From assembly GCA_963741945.1 (NCBI GenBank), contig CAVUKA010000002.1:96001-160000 (forward strand): a DNA stretch of 64,000 bases, written 5' to 3'. Under the pieces are notes generated by a model. That model searched no databases and was not told where the DNA came from. It saw nothing but the letters and a program-made list of their open reading frames with translations. This DNA is from an uncultured Gemmatimonadales bacterium. Its GTDB lineage: Bacteria; Gemmatimonadota; Gemmatimonadetes; Longimicrobiales; RSA9. The position numbers were made by a program, and so were the translations under genes. Positions within the stretch are counted from its first letter, which is position 1, and each line of letters opens with the position of its first letter. Below are positions 1 through 8,706 of this stretch, piece by piece.

Positions 1-150
1 CCTGCGGGAGGGGAGCGTGCGCGTCGCGGCGGGGGAGGCGGTCGCGGCCGGTCAGCCGCTGGCCCGCGGGGGGACCTGACCCTCGAGCATCGCCGCTTCC
101 CGCCTGCTCCAGCGCCACTCCCCATCGCCGGGTCCGGCCGGGCGTCGGCC

Positions 151-894
151 TCAGCGGCTGAAGAATGCCCCGATGACCTGCGGCAGCGCGGCGATGATCC
201 ACACCAACCCGGCCGTCGCCCACGCTTTCCCGCGCGGCATCTTCGCCACCACTTCGAGTCCGATGGCGATGAGGGCTGTCGCCCAGAGCGTGAACACGTC
301 CGCCCGCGTCGCCAGGTTCAACAGCACGGGCGAGGCGGACGGCTGGGCCATGAAACGAGCGGCGCTGAACCCCACGTCGTGGATCGAGTCGAGCCGGCTC
401 ACGTCCATCACGAACGACTCGATCAGCCCGGCAACGAACTGCGGCACACGTACGATCTGCGCGTAGGTCACCACCAGCATCATGGCGGCGAACGTGGTGA
501 CCGCACCCATGGCCCGCGCCACGATCCACGTGACGAGCGCGGTGAGCGCCACCCCGATCGGGAAAGTGACGGCGAACCCGATCACGCCGAACATGCGGCC
601 GATGCGCCGCATCTGCTGGATCTGGTCGGAAGTCAGCTCCGTCCCCTCCGCCAGCCGCTTCATGGCCGCCCGCTGCATCTCCACGTCCAGGATTGCGCCG
701 AACGCGTGCTGCCAGGCATAGAAGAGAGCCACCAGCAGCAGCGTGAGCACCAGAAGGACGGGCCACGCCTTCCCCCCGCGCCGACGCTCGTAAACCGCCC
801 TGGGCTCGTAGAAGATGTCGATGAAATCTTCCCACACCGCGGCCTTTTCCGGCTGTGGCTGGGCCGCCGTGGCAACGCCGCCTGACTCGAGCAT
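151..894 (-). CDS. Yip1-family multi-pass membrane protein
   Basis: 'WEDFIDIFYEPRAVYERRR' N-terminal motif followed by about 5 TM helices; ATG at 894 with GGAGG RBS at 901-905. Confidence 0.8.
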   Translation of the reverse strand: MLESGGVATAAQPQPEKAAVWEDFIDIFYEPRAVYERRRGGKAWPVLLVLTLLLVALFYAWQHAFGAILDVEMQRAAMKRLAEGTELTSDQIQQMRRIGRMFGVIGFAVTFPIGVALTALVTWIVARAMGAVTTFAAMMLVVTYAQIVRVPQFVAGLIESFVMDVSRLDSIHDVGFSAARFMAQPSASPVLLNLATRADVFTLWATALIAIGLEVVAKMPRGKAWATAGLVWIIAALPQVIGAFFSR

Positions 895-1030
895 TTCGAT
901 CCTCCGCGAAGGTTGGGCGGTCGGAATGAGAGGCCGGATCCACCGTAGTCGACCACGCCCTCCCGTGTCAACGACTCTGGCCGCTCCGGCCACCGGTCGC
1001 GCTCCGTACGTGCCCGCCCCGGGTTTCCTT

Positions 1031-1078
1031 CCCCGCGGCGGGTGGGGGCGCGGCCCCCGCGGCGGGTGGGGGCGCGGC
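1031..1078. repeat. 24-bp perfect tandem duplication (CCCCGCGGCGGGTGGGGGCGCGGC x2), intergenic
   Basis: Read directly: 1031-1054 = 1055-1078. Confidence 0.9.
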
Positions 1079-1081
1079 GTC

Positions 1082-2512
1082 TCAGGGCTTGCGATCCCCC
1101 CGGCGGGCGTCGCGCAGTGCGCGGGAGAAGGCCAGGGCGGGACCCCAGTGGCCCCGCCGCCGCAGCCACCCCACCACGCGCTGGGGATCCACCGCCCGGG
1201 CGCCGGCGAAGATCAGGAACCCGACGGTGGAAGCGCGGGCGGCGATCCAGAACGCGCGCTCCCAGGTCGCGCCGGCGGCGACCACGATGGCGATGATGAG
1301 CGCCACGGGTAGCACGAAGGAGGGCCGTGCGAGGTCCCGGAACCCGAGCGCGGCGGCGCTCCGCCAGCTCCCGTCCTTCCGCCCGACGGGAAGCCCGGCG
1401 GCGCCCCGCTCGAAGATCCGGCGCACGCGACGGGGGAGAGTCCGTCGCCGCCAGGCGTAGACGGTCACGGCGGCCGAAGCCACGCCGTGCAGCGCAACCC
1501 AGATCGCGATGACCGCTCCGATGGCGGGCCCCGTGAGGCCGAGGGTCTGCTCGAGCCAGGTCACGGCCGCCTGATAGGCCCGGAGCAGCTCCGTCCCCAC
1601 CAGGAGGTACTGGATCACGATCCCCTGCGCGGCCGCCCATGCCCCCACCAGCCAGCCGCCGACGGCGGCCCCCAGCACGTTCCACCCGAACACTGCCGTG
1701 GAGCCGCCGAAGAGCACTCCCTGCATGGCGATGGCCAGCATCGGCCGGAGCCGGTTCCCGGCGGGCGAGAGCGCTTTCAGGCCCGCGGCGATGAAGGACA
1801 CCCAGACCACCCGGATCCTGTGCGCCAGTCCCGCACCCGCGAGCACGAGCACCACGCACTGGAGCGAGGACAGCGCGAGTCCGCGCAGCGGGACCTGCGC
1901 CCCGTGCAGCGCAGAGCCGAGTGTGGTCTCGATCGCCCCGGCGCCCGCGCCGTACACGCCGACCCGGCCCCAGTCCGCACCCGCCAGGCAGACATCCCGC
2001 AAGCGCTCCGGCGCCCGTGGTGAATCGGCGTCCAGGAGCAGGTCGAAGCGCTGCCCCAGCACGGCTTCCACGCGCGGCGCGATTCCCGGGCGCATCGTGA
2101 TCACCACTACCCCCGGATCCGTTCCGCGCACGGCGGGCCACACGCCCGCATGCCCGCCACCAGCGGCTTCCAGCGGGCCGAATTCGTCCAGGATCACCAG
2201 GTCGGGCGGGTCCGCGGCGGCCAGGGTCTCCGCCCACGCGGCCTCCCGGGCTGCGGCGCCCGGGTGCACCCGGTATGGCGGTCCGCCCGTCGCAACCAGG
2301 TCAGGGTCGCGCTCCAGGAACGGCGACACGGTGCCATCGTGGAGCCAGCGCAGCCGGTAGCCCTCGCTCCCGCGTCCGCGCGCCCCTCGCTCGCCGGCCG
2401 GCGCCGTGAACCCATCCACGCGGAGGCCCCGGGCCACGGCCCAGCGCGCCAGCTCTTCCACGAGCGACGTCTTCCCGCTCCCGATCTCTCCCACGCACCC
2501 GACCAGCAGCAT
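1082..2512 (-). CDS. P-loop NTPase (NTPase_1/DUF2478-like) fused to a multi-TM domain
   Basis: Walker A GEIGSGKT, 'LRVDGF', Walker B 'LVILDEFGPLE', then about 7 hydrophobic helices; GGAG RBS upstream of ATG 2512. Confidence 0.7.
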   Translation of the reverse strand: MLLVGCVGEIGSGKTSLVEELARWAVARGLRVDGFTAPAGERGARGRGSEGYRLRWLHDGTVSPFLERDPDLVATGGPPYRVHPGAAAREAAWAETLAAADPPDLVILDEFGPLEAAGGGHAGVWPAVRGTDPGVVVITMRPGIAPRVEAVLGQRFDLLLDADSPRAPERLRDVCLAGADWGRVGVYGAGAGAIETTLGSALHGAQVPLRGLALSSLQCVVLVLAGAGLAHRIRVVWVSFIAAGLKALSPAGNRLRPMLAIAMQGVLFGGSTAVFGWNVLGAAVGGWLVGAWAAAQGIVIQYLLVGTELLRAYQAAVTWLEQTLGLTGPAIGAVIAIWVALHGVASAAVTVYAWRRRTLPRRVRRIFERGAAGLPVGRKDGSWRSAAALGFRDLARPSFVLPVALIIAIVVAAGATWERAFWIAARASTVGFLIFAGARAVDPQRVVGWLRRRGHWGPALAFSRALRDARRGDRKP

Positions 2513-2558
2513 CTGCGCTCCCGTGCCCCTCTCTCGTCCTGCGCCCTCGTTCCCGCCG

Positions 2559-5500
2559 CTATGGTCGCCGTTCCGGCTTCCGCCGGACCAGGAGCGTGCG
2601 GATCTCCCATGGCCGGAGCCGGACCGCAATGCCGTCCTCCGCCGTCCGCGCGGGCCCGGTCGCACGTTCGAGCAGGTCGGCCTCCCTCACCTCGAAGCGC
2701 CCTGGCAGAACCAGCCTCGTCGTGCTCGTCCGCCCCTCCCGCTCCACCAGCCGCACCACCAGCACCGCCGGGTCGGCCTCGGCCCGCTTGAGCGCGCTCA
2801 ACACCGCCGTCCCGCCCTCCAGCCGGAGCAGTCCCGACCGGACGCCCGCCCCCTCGTGCCCCGTGACCGCCACCGCCCGCATCGGCCGGTTCAGCTCGTC
2901 CGCGGCCGCCAGCACTTCCGACGCACGCCAGTCCCCGGGATGCGGCACCACGCTGTACGTGAACGTGTGCGTGCCCATGTCCGCTTCCGGGTCCGGCCAC
3001 TTCGGCGCCTTCAGGAGCGTGAGGCGGACGGTGTCGCCCTGGACGTCGTAACCGTACTTGCCGTCGTTGACCAGCGCCACGCCCACGCCCCCCCGGGACG
3101 CGTCTACCCACCGCTGCATCGACAGTTCGTACCGCGCGCTGTCCTCCCGCGTGGCGGGCACGGCCGGGCGGCCCATGGCGCCATAGGGGATCTCGGCCCA
3201 GACGCTGTCCGGGCTCACGGCCCAGGGGAACGCAGCCTTCAGCAGACGGTGCGACGCCGACCAGTCCACGGTCGTGACCATGTCCAGTCGCTTCGCCATG
3301 TCCGGCAGGACGTAGCGCTGGCGAACCCGGACGCCCTCGCCCGAGCGCGTCACCTCCACCCACTTGCCCAGACCATCACGCATGACCGGTCCAACGCTCA
3401 CACTGCCGCGCACGGGCGTCCAGGGCCCGTCCACGCTGTCGATGTTCCACGCGTCCCACTGCTTCGGCTCGTCCGGCTGCGTCATCAGGACATTCGCCCG
3501 CGACCCGGCGGCCACCATCTCGCGCCCCGTGGCCCGATCGACCAGCGACGCGATCTCACCGGTGACCGGATCGATCTCCACCCGCATGGCCGCGTTCTCC
3601 AGTACTTTCGGCGCCGGCGGGCGGCGCAGCATGCGACGGAGCCACCGGAACGGCTCCGCCACCGGCTCCCCGTTCCGGGCCTCCTCACCCTGCCGGAGGA
3701 ACACCAGCTTCCCGCCCGTGGCCGGCACGTCCGCCACGCGCACGAAGATCGTGTCCCCGACCCGGGCCGACGGAAGCCAGCTCCCTCGCTCGTCCACCAC
3801 TTCCGCAGCCCACGCTTCGTCCGCGTCCGCCCCGCGCGCCGGGCCGCGGCCCCTGGCCTGGAGCGGGATCGCCGCCACCCCCGCCCGCACCCGTCCCGTG
3901 GGGTTCAGCACCAGGAACGCCCGGTCCGCCGAGCGGGGGCCGCGCGTGTCCAGCGGGGAGGCAATGGCCTGCGCAGCATCGTCCAGGACCGACGAGGCGA
4001 GCGCTTCCGCGACGCGGTACATGGAGTCCGCGTCCTCGTACACGGGCCCGATGCCGGAGCCCGGGAGGATGTCGTGGAACTGGTTGAACAGCGTCAGCCG
4101 CCAGGCATCCCGCAGCCGCTCCCGTGGGTACGACAGCGCCGCGGTTGCCGCGGCCGTTTCCGCAGCGCCCAGCAGCCCCTCCAGTCTGCGGTTCCACCGC
4201 TTGGTCTCCGCCTGCGTGGTGAGCACGCCACGATGGTACTCCAGGTAGAGTTCGTCCCGGATGATGGGCGCGTCCGCGGGCATGGCGGCGCGCATGCGCG
4301 CCAGCACGGAATCGGGCGAGGCATCCACGACGGGCGGGAACGTGGGAATCCGGGCCAGCGAGCGACGCCGGTCCAGCATCTCCATGGTGGGACCGCCGCC
4401 ATGGTCGCCCACGCCATAGAGGGTGAGGGTCTCCGGAACGGCGCTGCTGTCCGCGGTCGCCCGCCACTCCCGCGCCAGGCGTTCCGGCTCCAGATCGTGG
4501 TCGTAGCCATACGGGATATACGTCAGGATGCGGGTCCCGTCCCGACCTTCCCACCAGAACATGTTCCGGTCGGCGGTCCAGTCGTTCGTATCGTTCCAGC
4601 GCAGCTTCTGCGTCACGAAGGACTCGAAGCCGGACTGCCGGAAGATCTGCGGCAGCTGCCACGTGTAGCCGAACGTGTCGGGGATCCATGCCACGCGCGC
4701 GATGGCGCCGAACAGCCGCACATACTCCTGCTGACCGTACAGCGCCTGGTGCGCGAACGACTCGCCGGCCGGCATGTTCGCGTCCGCCTCCACCCACCAC
4801 CCGCCCACCGGGTGCCACCGGCCGGCCGCAGCGAGCGCGCGGATGCGCCCGAGCAGTGCCGGGTCGCGCTCCTCCAGCCAGTCGTAGTAGCGCGCCGACG
4901 ACGCCGCGAGCTGCATCTCGGGGTACTTCCGCATCAGCTTCGTGGCCGTGCCCCAGGTGGCGTCTACCACGTCCACGGTCTCGGGCCAGCGCCAGAGCCA
5001 CGCCGCGTCGATGTGCGAGTTGCCCACCGCCCAGAGCGTGTCCCGCTTCGCCGCAGCGATGGCCGGCGCCAGCGCCGACAGACGGCGCGCGATCAGCGAC
5101 CGGTACTGCGCCCGCCCCGCCTCGAGCACTGCGGCCAGCGCCGAGTCCGCCGCCGCGGCCGATGGCGTCGAGTACGCGCTGTCGTCGGTGAAGAACCGGG
5201 CCCAGCGCGCGCCTTCCGTCACTTCGCGCCACCCGGCATCGCGAACCCGCAGCCGCGGTGGGTCCCACCACACTTCGCGGCCGGGGCGGATCACCACGTC
5301 CAGCCCGTCCCCGGCGGCGCAGCGGGAACAGAGCGGGAGCCGGCCCAGGGAATCGCGTGCGACGCCGCGGTCGTTCACGACGAACGAGGCATCCGCCCCG
5401 TACTCCGCCGCTTCCAGCTCCAGCGTCAGGCCGTCCAGCGCGGGCGGCACGGCGAACGCCACGCCGATGGCGCCCGCCGCCGTGTCGCCGGGCTCGGTGG

Positions 5501-6545
5501 GCTCGTGACCGGGGAGTGGCGTCCAGGCCGCCCCGCGAGCCGTGCGCGCCCGTGCGTCGGCCGTGCGGCGCCACCCCCGGATCTCCATCGGCCACGACAA
5601 CAGGGAGAGGAGGTCGCCGCTTCCCAGCCCCACCGGCGCGCCCGCAACTTCCCGCCCTCCCGCCACTGCCACCACGGCCGCGCCTCGCCGCAGCGCCTGC
5701 CGGGCCAGCCCCGTCCAGGATGCGCCCATGGTGACCGCATCCGAGGGCGCCAGCCCCACGCGGCCGGGCACCGGCACCCGCCCGGCGCCGACCTGGAGCT
5801 CCACGGGCCCGTCCATCCCGCCCCAGCGCGTGATGGGAATCACGAGCGGGAGCGCCAGCGTACCGCTCTCCACGTCCAGGACCGGCAGCCCCTCCAGCCG
5901 CACGGGACCGAGCGTGAGCCAGGGCGACGGCGGTCCGGACAGCGCTTCCGTCGGGGGTCGCGCCGCGGACGCCTCGAGACCCGCGAGGGCGTCCGGCCCC
6001 ATGTCCAGCAGCCTGGCGCCCATCCCGAAGCCGCCCGATCGGTTCACCACCTTGTACAGCAGCCGGTTCACGCCTCGTGACAACCGCAGTGTGACCGTGT
6101 CCGCGCGCGTCACGCCGCGGGCCACCTCCCGCGAGTAGACCAACCGCCCGTTCAGCCAGAGCCGCCCATCATCGTCCGTCTCCACGGCCAGCGAGACGGT
6201 TCGCTCCGCGGGACTGGTCACGTACGTCATCGCGTACGCCGCCGCCTGCTCCGTCGGACGGCCATCCGCGAACACGCGGTTGAAATCGATTCGCCCGAGG
6301 TCGTCCGCCTCCGCCACGCGCCAGCGCCACCGTCCCGCGGCTTCCCCCGCCCTCGGCGCGAGTGTCGGCTCGGGCAGGTAGGCACGCGTCAGGCGAGCGG
6401 GGCCCGTGTCGACGGGGAAGGTCCCGGCCACTAGCCACGGCCCGAGTGGGTGGCCGGCTGCGGCCGACCCGGAATCCTGCGCCCGGAGCGGGAGCGCGGC
6501 CGCAAGGGCGAGCAGCGCTGCGGAAACGACGGAGTGCGAGGTCAT
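2559..6545 (-). CDS. Secreted alpha-mannosidase, GH38, with long N-terminal extension
   Basis: GH38 motifs SHIDAAWLW, WIPDTFGY, ELYLEYHRG, NQFHDILPGS, NDGKYG; signal peptide ending LRA-Q. Confidence 0.9.
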   Translation of the reverse strand: MTSHSVVSAALLALAAALPLRAQDSGSAAAGHPLGPWLVAGTFPVDTGPARLTRAYLPEPTLAPRAGEAAGRWRWRVAEADDLGRIDFNRVFADGRPTEQAAAYAMTYVTSPAERTVSLAVETDDDGRLWLNGRLVYSREVARGVTRADTVTLRLSRGVNRLLYKVVNRSGGFGMGARLLDMGPDALAGLEASAARPPTEALSGPPSPWLTLGPVRLEGLPVLDVESGTLALPLVIPITRWGGMDGPVELQVGAGRVPVPGRVGLAPSDAVTMGASWTGLARQALRRGAAVVAVAGGREVAGAPVGLGSGDLLSLLSWPMEIRGWRRTADARARTARGAAWTPLPGHEPTEPGDTAAGAIGVAFAVPPALDGLTLELEAAEYGADASFVVNDRGVARDSLGRLPLCSRCAAGDGLDVVIRPGREVWWDPPRLRVRDAGWREVTEGARWARFFTDDSAYSTPSAAAADSALAAVLEAGRAQYRSLIARRLSALAPAIAAAKRDTLWAVGNSHIDAAWLWRWPETVDVVDATWGTATKLMRKYPEMQLAASSARYYDWLEERDPALLGRIRALAAAGRWHPVGGWWVEADANMPAGESFAHQALYGQQEYVRLFGAIARVAWIPDTFGYTWQLPQIFRQSGFESFVTQKLRWNDTNDWTADRNMFWWEGRDGTRILTYIPYGYDHDLEPERLAREWRATADSSAVPETLTLYGVGDHGGGPTMEMLDRRRSLARIPTFPPVVDASPDSVLARMRAAMPADAPIIRDELYLEYHRGVLTTQAETKRWNRRLEGLLGAAETAAATAALSYPRERLRDAWRLTLFNQFHDILPGSGIGPVYEDADSMYRVAEALASSVLDDAAQAIASPLDTRGPRSADRAFLVLNPTGRVRAGVAAIPLQARGRGPARGADADEAWAAEVVDERGSWLPSARVGDTIFVRVADVPATGGKLVFLRQGEEARNGEPVAEPFRWLRRMLRRPPAPKVLENAAMRVEIDPVTGEIASLVDRATGREMVAAGSRANVLMTQPDEPKQWDAWNIDSVDGPWTPVRGSVSVGPVMRDGLGKWVEVTRSGEGVRVRQRYVLPDMAKRLDMVTTVDWSASHRLLKAAFPWAVSPDSVWAEIPYGAMGRPAVPATREDSARYELSMQRWVDASRGGVGVALVNDGKYGYDVQGDTVRLTLLKAPKWPDPEADMGTHTFTYSVVPHPGDWRASEVLAAADELNRPMRAVAVTGHEGAGVRSGLLRLEGGTAVLSALKRAEADPAVLVVRLVEREGRTSTTRLVLPGRFEVREADLLERATGPARTAEDGIAVRLRPWEIRTLLVRRKPERRP

Positions 6546-6651
6546 GAGGGATGCTAGGCGCCCGGCTCGCGCCCGCGCAACAGCCGCCGGTCGCGGGCTC
6601 GCCGCCACGGAGTCCGGTCGGGCTGCCGGCCCCCGCCGGGTGGGCGCGGGG

Positions 6652-8016
6652 TCAGGCGTCGAGTACTTCGCGCAGGCGCCGAACCAGCTGGTCGGGCGTG
6701 AACGGCTTGGCCAGGTAGGGCAGCTCGAAATCGAAGTCGCTGCGCGCGTATCCGGAAATCAGGAGCACGCGCAGCCCGGGCGCGACGGAGCGCGCGGCCT
6801 CGATGAGCTGCACCCCGGTCATTTCGGGCATGATCGCATCGGTCAGGAGAAGGTCGAACGGTCCCTCCCGCCGCAACAGCTCCAGCGCTTCCCGGCCGTT
6901 GCAGGCGCCGTGAGCCCGGTACCCCCGGCGGTCCAGCACGCGGGTGACCAGCGTGCGGACCGCGTCGTCGTCTTCCGCCACCAGCACCGTCTCGGAGCCG
7001 GACATGGTTCGCGCCGGCTGCGTCTCCTCCCCCTGCGCCGGCGCGGGCGCGGGCTCACGGGACTGCGGCAGGTAGACGTGGAACGTGGAGCCGACGCCCG
7101 GCTCGCTCTCCACGCTGACATGACCGGCCACCTGCTTGACGATGGCGTACACCGTGGCCAGCCCCAATCCAGTCCCGACCCCTCTCGGCTTGGTCGTGAA
7201 GAACGGCTCGAAGATCCGCGCCTGCATCTCCGCATCCATCCCGACGCCCGTGTCGCTGACGTCCACGCGCACGTACTCACCGGGGCGGAAGGGGAACGGG
7301 AACGCACGGGCCGCCTCCTCGTCCACCCGCTCCGCGGTCGTGTGGATCCGGAGCCGCCCACCCTCCGGCATCGCGTCGCGTGCGTTGATCGCGAGGTTCA
7401 TCAGCACCTGGTCGAGACGGCCCGGGTCCGCGCGCACCGCCGGCAGCGCCGGCGAAAGATCGGTCACCACCTGGATCCGCTCCCCGATCAGCCGCTTGAG
7501 CAGCGACGTCATGCGCGCGATCAGCGCATTCACCTCCACGCGCTCCGGTCTGGCTTCCTCGCCCTGGCGGAACGCCAGCAGCTGGCGCGTGAGATCCGAC
7601 GCCCGCTCCGCGGACTCCGCCGCCTCCCGTACCTCTTCCGGCACATCGCCCGGCTCGAAGCGCGCGCTGTAGCTGGCCAGGTTCCCGGAGATCGCCGTCA
7701 GCAGGTTGTTGAAGTCGTGGGCGATTCCCGCCGTGAGCTGACCGACCGCCTCGAACTTCGACAGGACGGAGAGCCGCTGCTCCAGCCGCGCCCTGTCGTC
7801 CAGCGTCATCTCCCGCTCCCGCGCCCAGCGCGCGGCGAACGCGTAGAGCAGCACGGCGCCCACGGCCACGAACAGGAGCCCCTTGACCAGCTGGATGGCC
7901 GGGTGGACGGCGCCACTCCTTTCCCACAGCCAGTCCGTCCCCAGCACCCACACCCCACCGGCCAGGAAATAGGCGAGAGCAATGCGCCGCGCCGTTCCGA
8001 ACGTGAGCCGGCTCAT
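6652..8016 (-). CDS. Hybrid sensor histidine kinase/response regulator (2 TM, HisKA, HATPase, REC)
   Basis: AGIAHDFNNLL H-box, MNLAINARDAM N-box, DTGVGM, FEPFFTTK, GTGLGL, C-terminal REC (VLVAEDD, LLTDAIMP, KPF). Confidence 0.92.
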   Translation of the reverse strand: MSRLTFGTARRIALAYFLAGGVWVLGTDWLWERSGAVHPAIQLVKGLLFVAVGAVLLYAFAARWAREREMTLDDRARLEQRLSVLSKFEAVGQLTAGIAHDFNNLLTAISGNLASYSARFEPGDVPEEVREAAESAERASDLTRQLLAFRQGEEARPERVEVNALIARMTSLLKRLIGERIQVVTDLSPALPAVRADPGRLDQVLMNLAINARDAMPEGGRLRIHTTAERVDEEAARAFPFPFRPGEYVRVDVSDTGVGMDAEMQARIFEPFFTTKPRGVGTGLGLATVYAIVKQVAGHVSVESEPGVGSTFHVYLPQSREPAPAPAQGEETQPARTMSGSETVLVAEDDDAVRTLVTRVLDRRGYRAHGACNGREALELLRREGPFDLLLTDAIMPEMTGVQLIEAARSVAPGLRVLLISGYARSDFDFELPYLAKPFTPDQLVRRLREVLDA

Positions 8017-8543
8017 CGGCGCGACCCGCTCCCCACACGCCTCGAGGAGTCCCCGCCGACCGCGCCGCGGGACACGGGATCCGCCTGCTCCGCCCGAAGC
8101 ACCCGACCCACGTCCCGACGACTCCCCGTGTTCAGCTTGGACAGCACGCGCTCGGTATGCCGCCACGCCGTCTTGTCGGCGATTTCGAGCGTTCGCGCGA
8201 TCTCCTTGTTCGATCGCCGCGACGCCAGGAGCAGCGCCACTTCCGCCTCCCTGGGTGTCAGGCCGAAGCGACGCCGCAGCTCCAGCGGGCTGGGCGCCCG
8301 TGGGCGCGGCGGCGTCACCACCACCACCACGGTGGTCGAGCCGCCGCCCACCTCCTCCGAAACGCCGGTGTAGACGTCCAGCTCCACCTCCGACGACCCC
8401 ACGCGCAGAGCACGGCGCACGTACCCGGCTGGCGCCGCCGTCGATTTCACGACGGCCTCGGCCACGGAGCGCACCTCGGCCCAGAGATGTCGTTCCTGGA
8501 CCGGGTCATCGTGAATGGTTACTGTGCTTCGTTCCGCATACAT
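8013..8543 (-). CDS. LuxR-type HTH transcriptional regulator (no receiver domain)
   Basis: FGLTPREAEVALLLASRRSNKEIARTLEIADKTAWRHTERVLSKL; stop overlaps the kinase start (ATGA). Confidence 0.85.
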   Translation of the reverse strand: MYAERSTVTIHDDPVQERHLWAEVRSVAEAVVKSTAAPAGYVRRALRVGSSEVELDVYTGVSEEVGGGSTTVVVVVTPPRPRAPSPLELRRRFGLTPREAEVALLLASRRSNKEIARTLEIADKTAWRHTERVLSKLNTGSRRDVGRVLRAEQADPVSRGAVGGDSSRRVGSGSRR

Positions 8544-8706
8544 GTGTTCGCAGGGATGTGCCTGTTCATTTTTCGATTGCAGGGCTGCGTGGCGATCGTC
8601 GCTCGCGCCCCCGCAGATGGCCGCGTGGACATATACTCCGGGTGCGTGAGCGGGCCGTGACCCGCGGGATCACGCCCCGGGAAACCGCCCTCCGCCAAAC
8701 GAGACC

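Noticed and set aside
1-150. Possible gene start running off the left edge
   Set aside because: No recognisable coding signal in the available sequence.
2406-6080. 1224-aa + strand ORF, and similar long ORFs at 24541-27741 (-), 41144-44119 (+), 56905-60984 (+)
   Set aside because: Antisense shadows of real genes in very GC-rich DNA; Arg/Gly/Pro-rich with no motifs. Only the last 55 aa of 24541-27741 is a real gene (dba).
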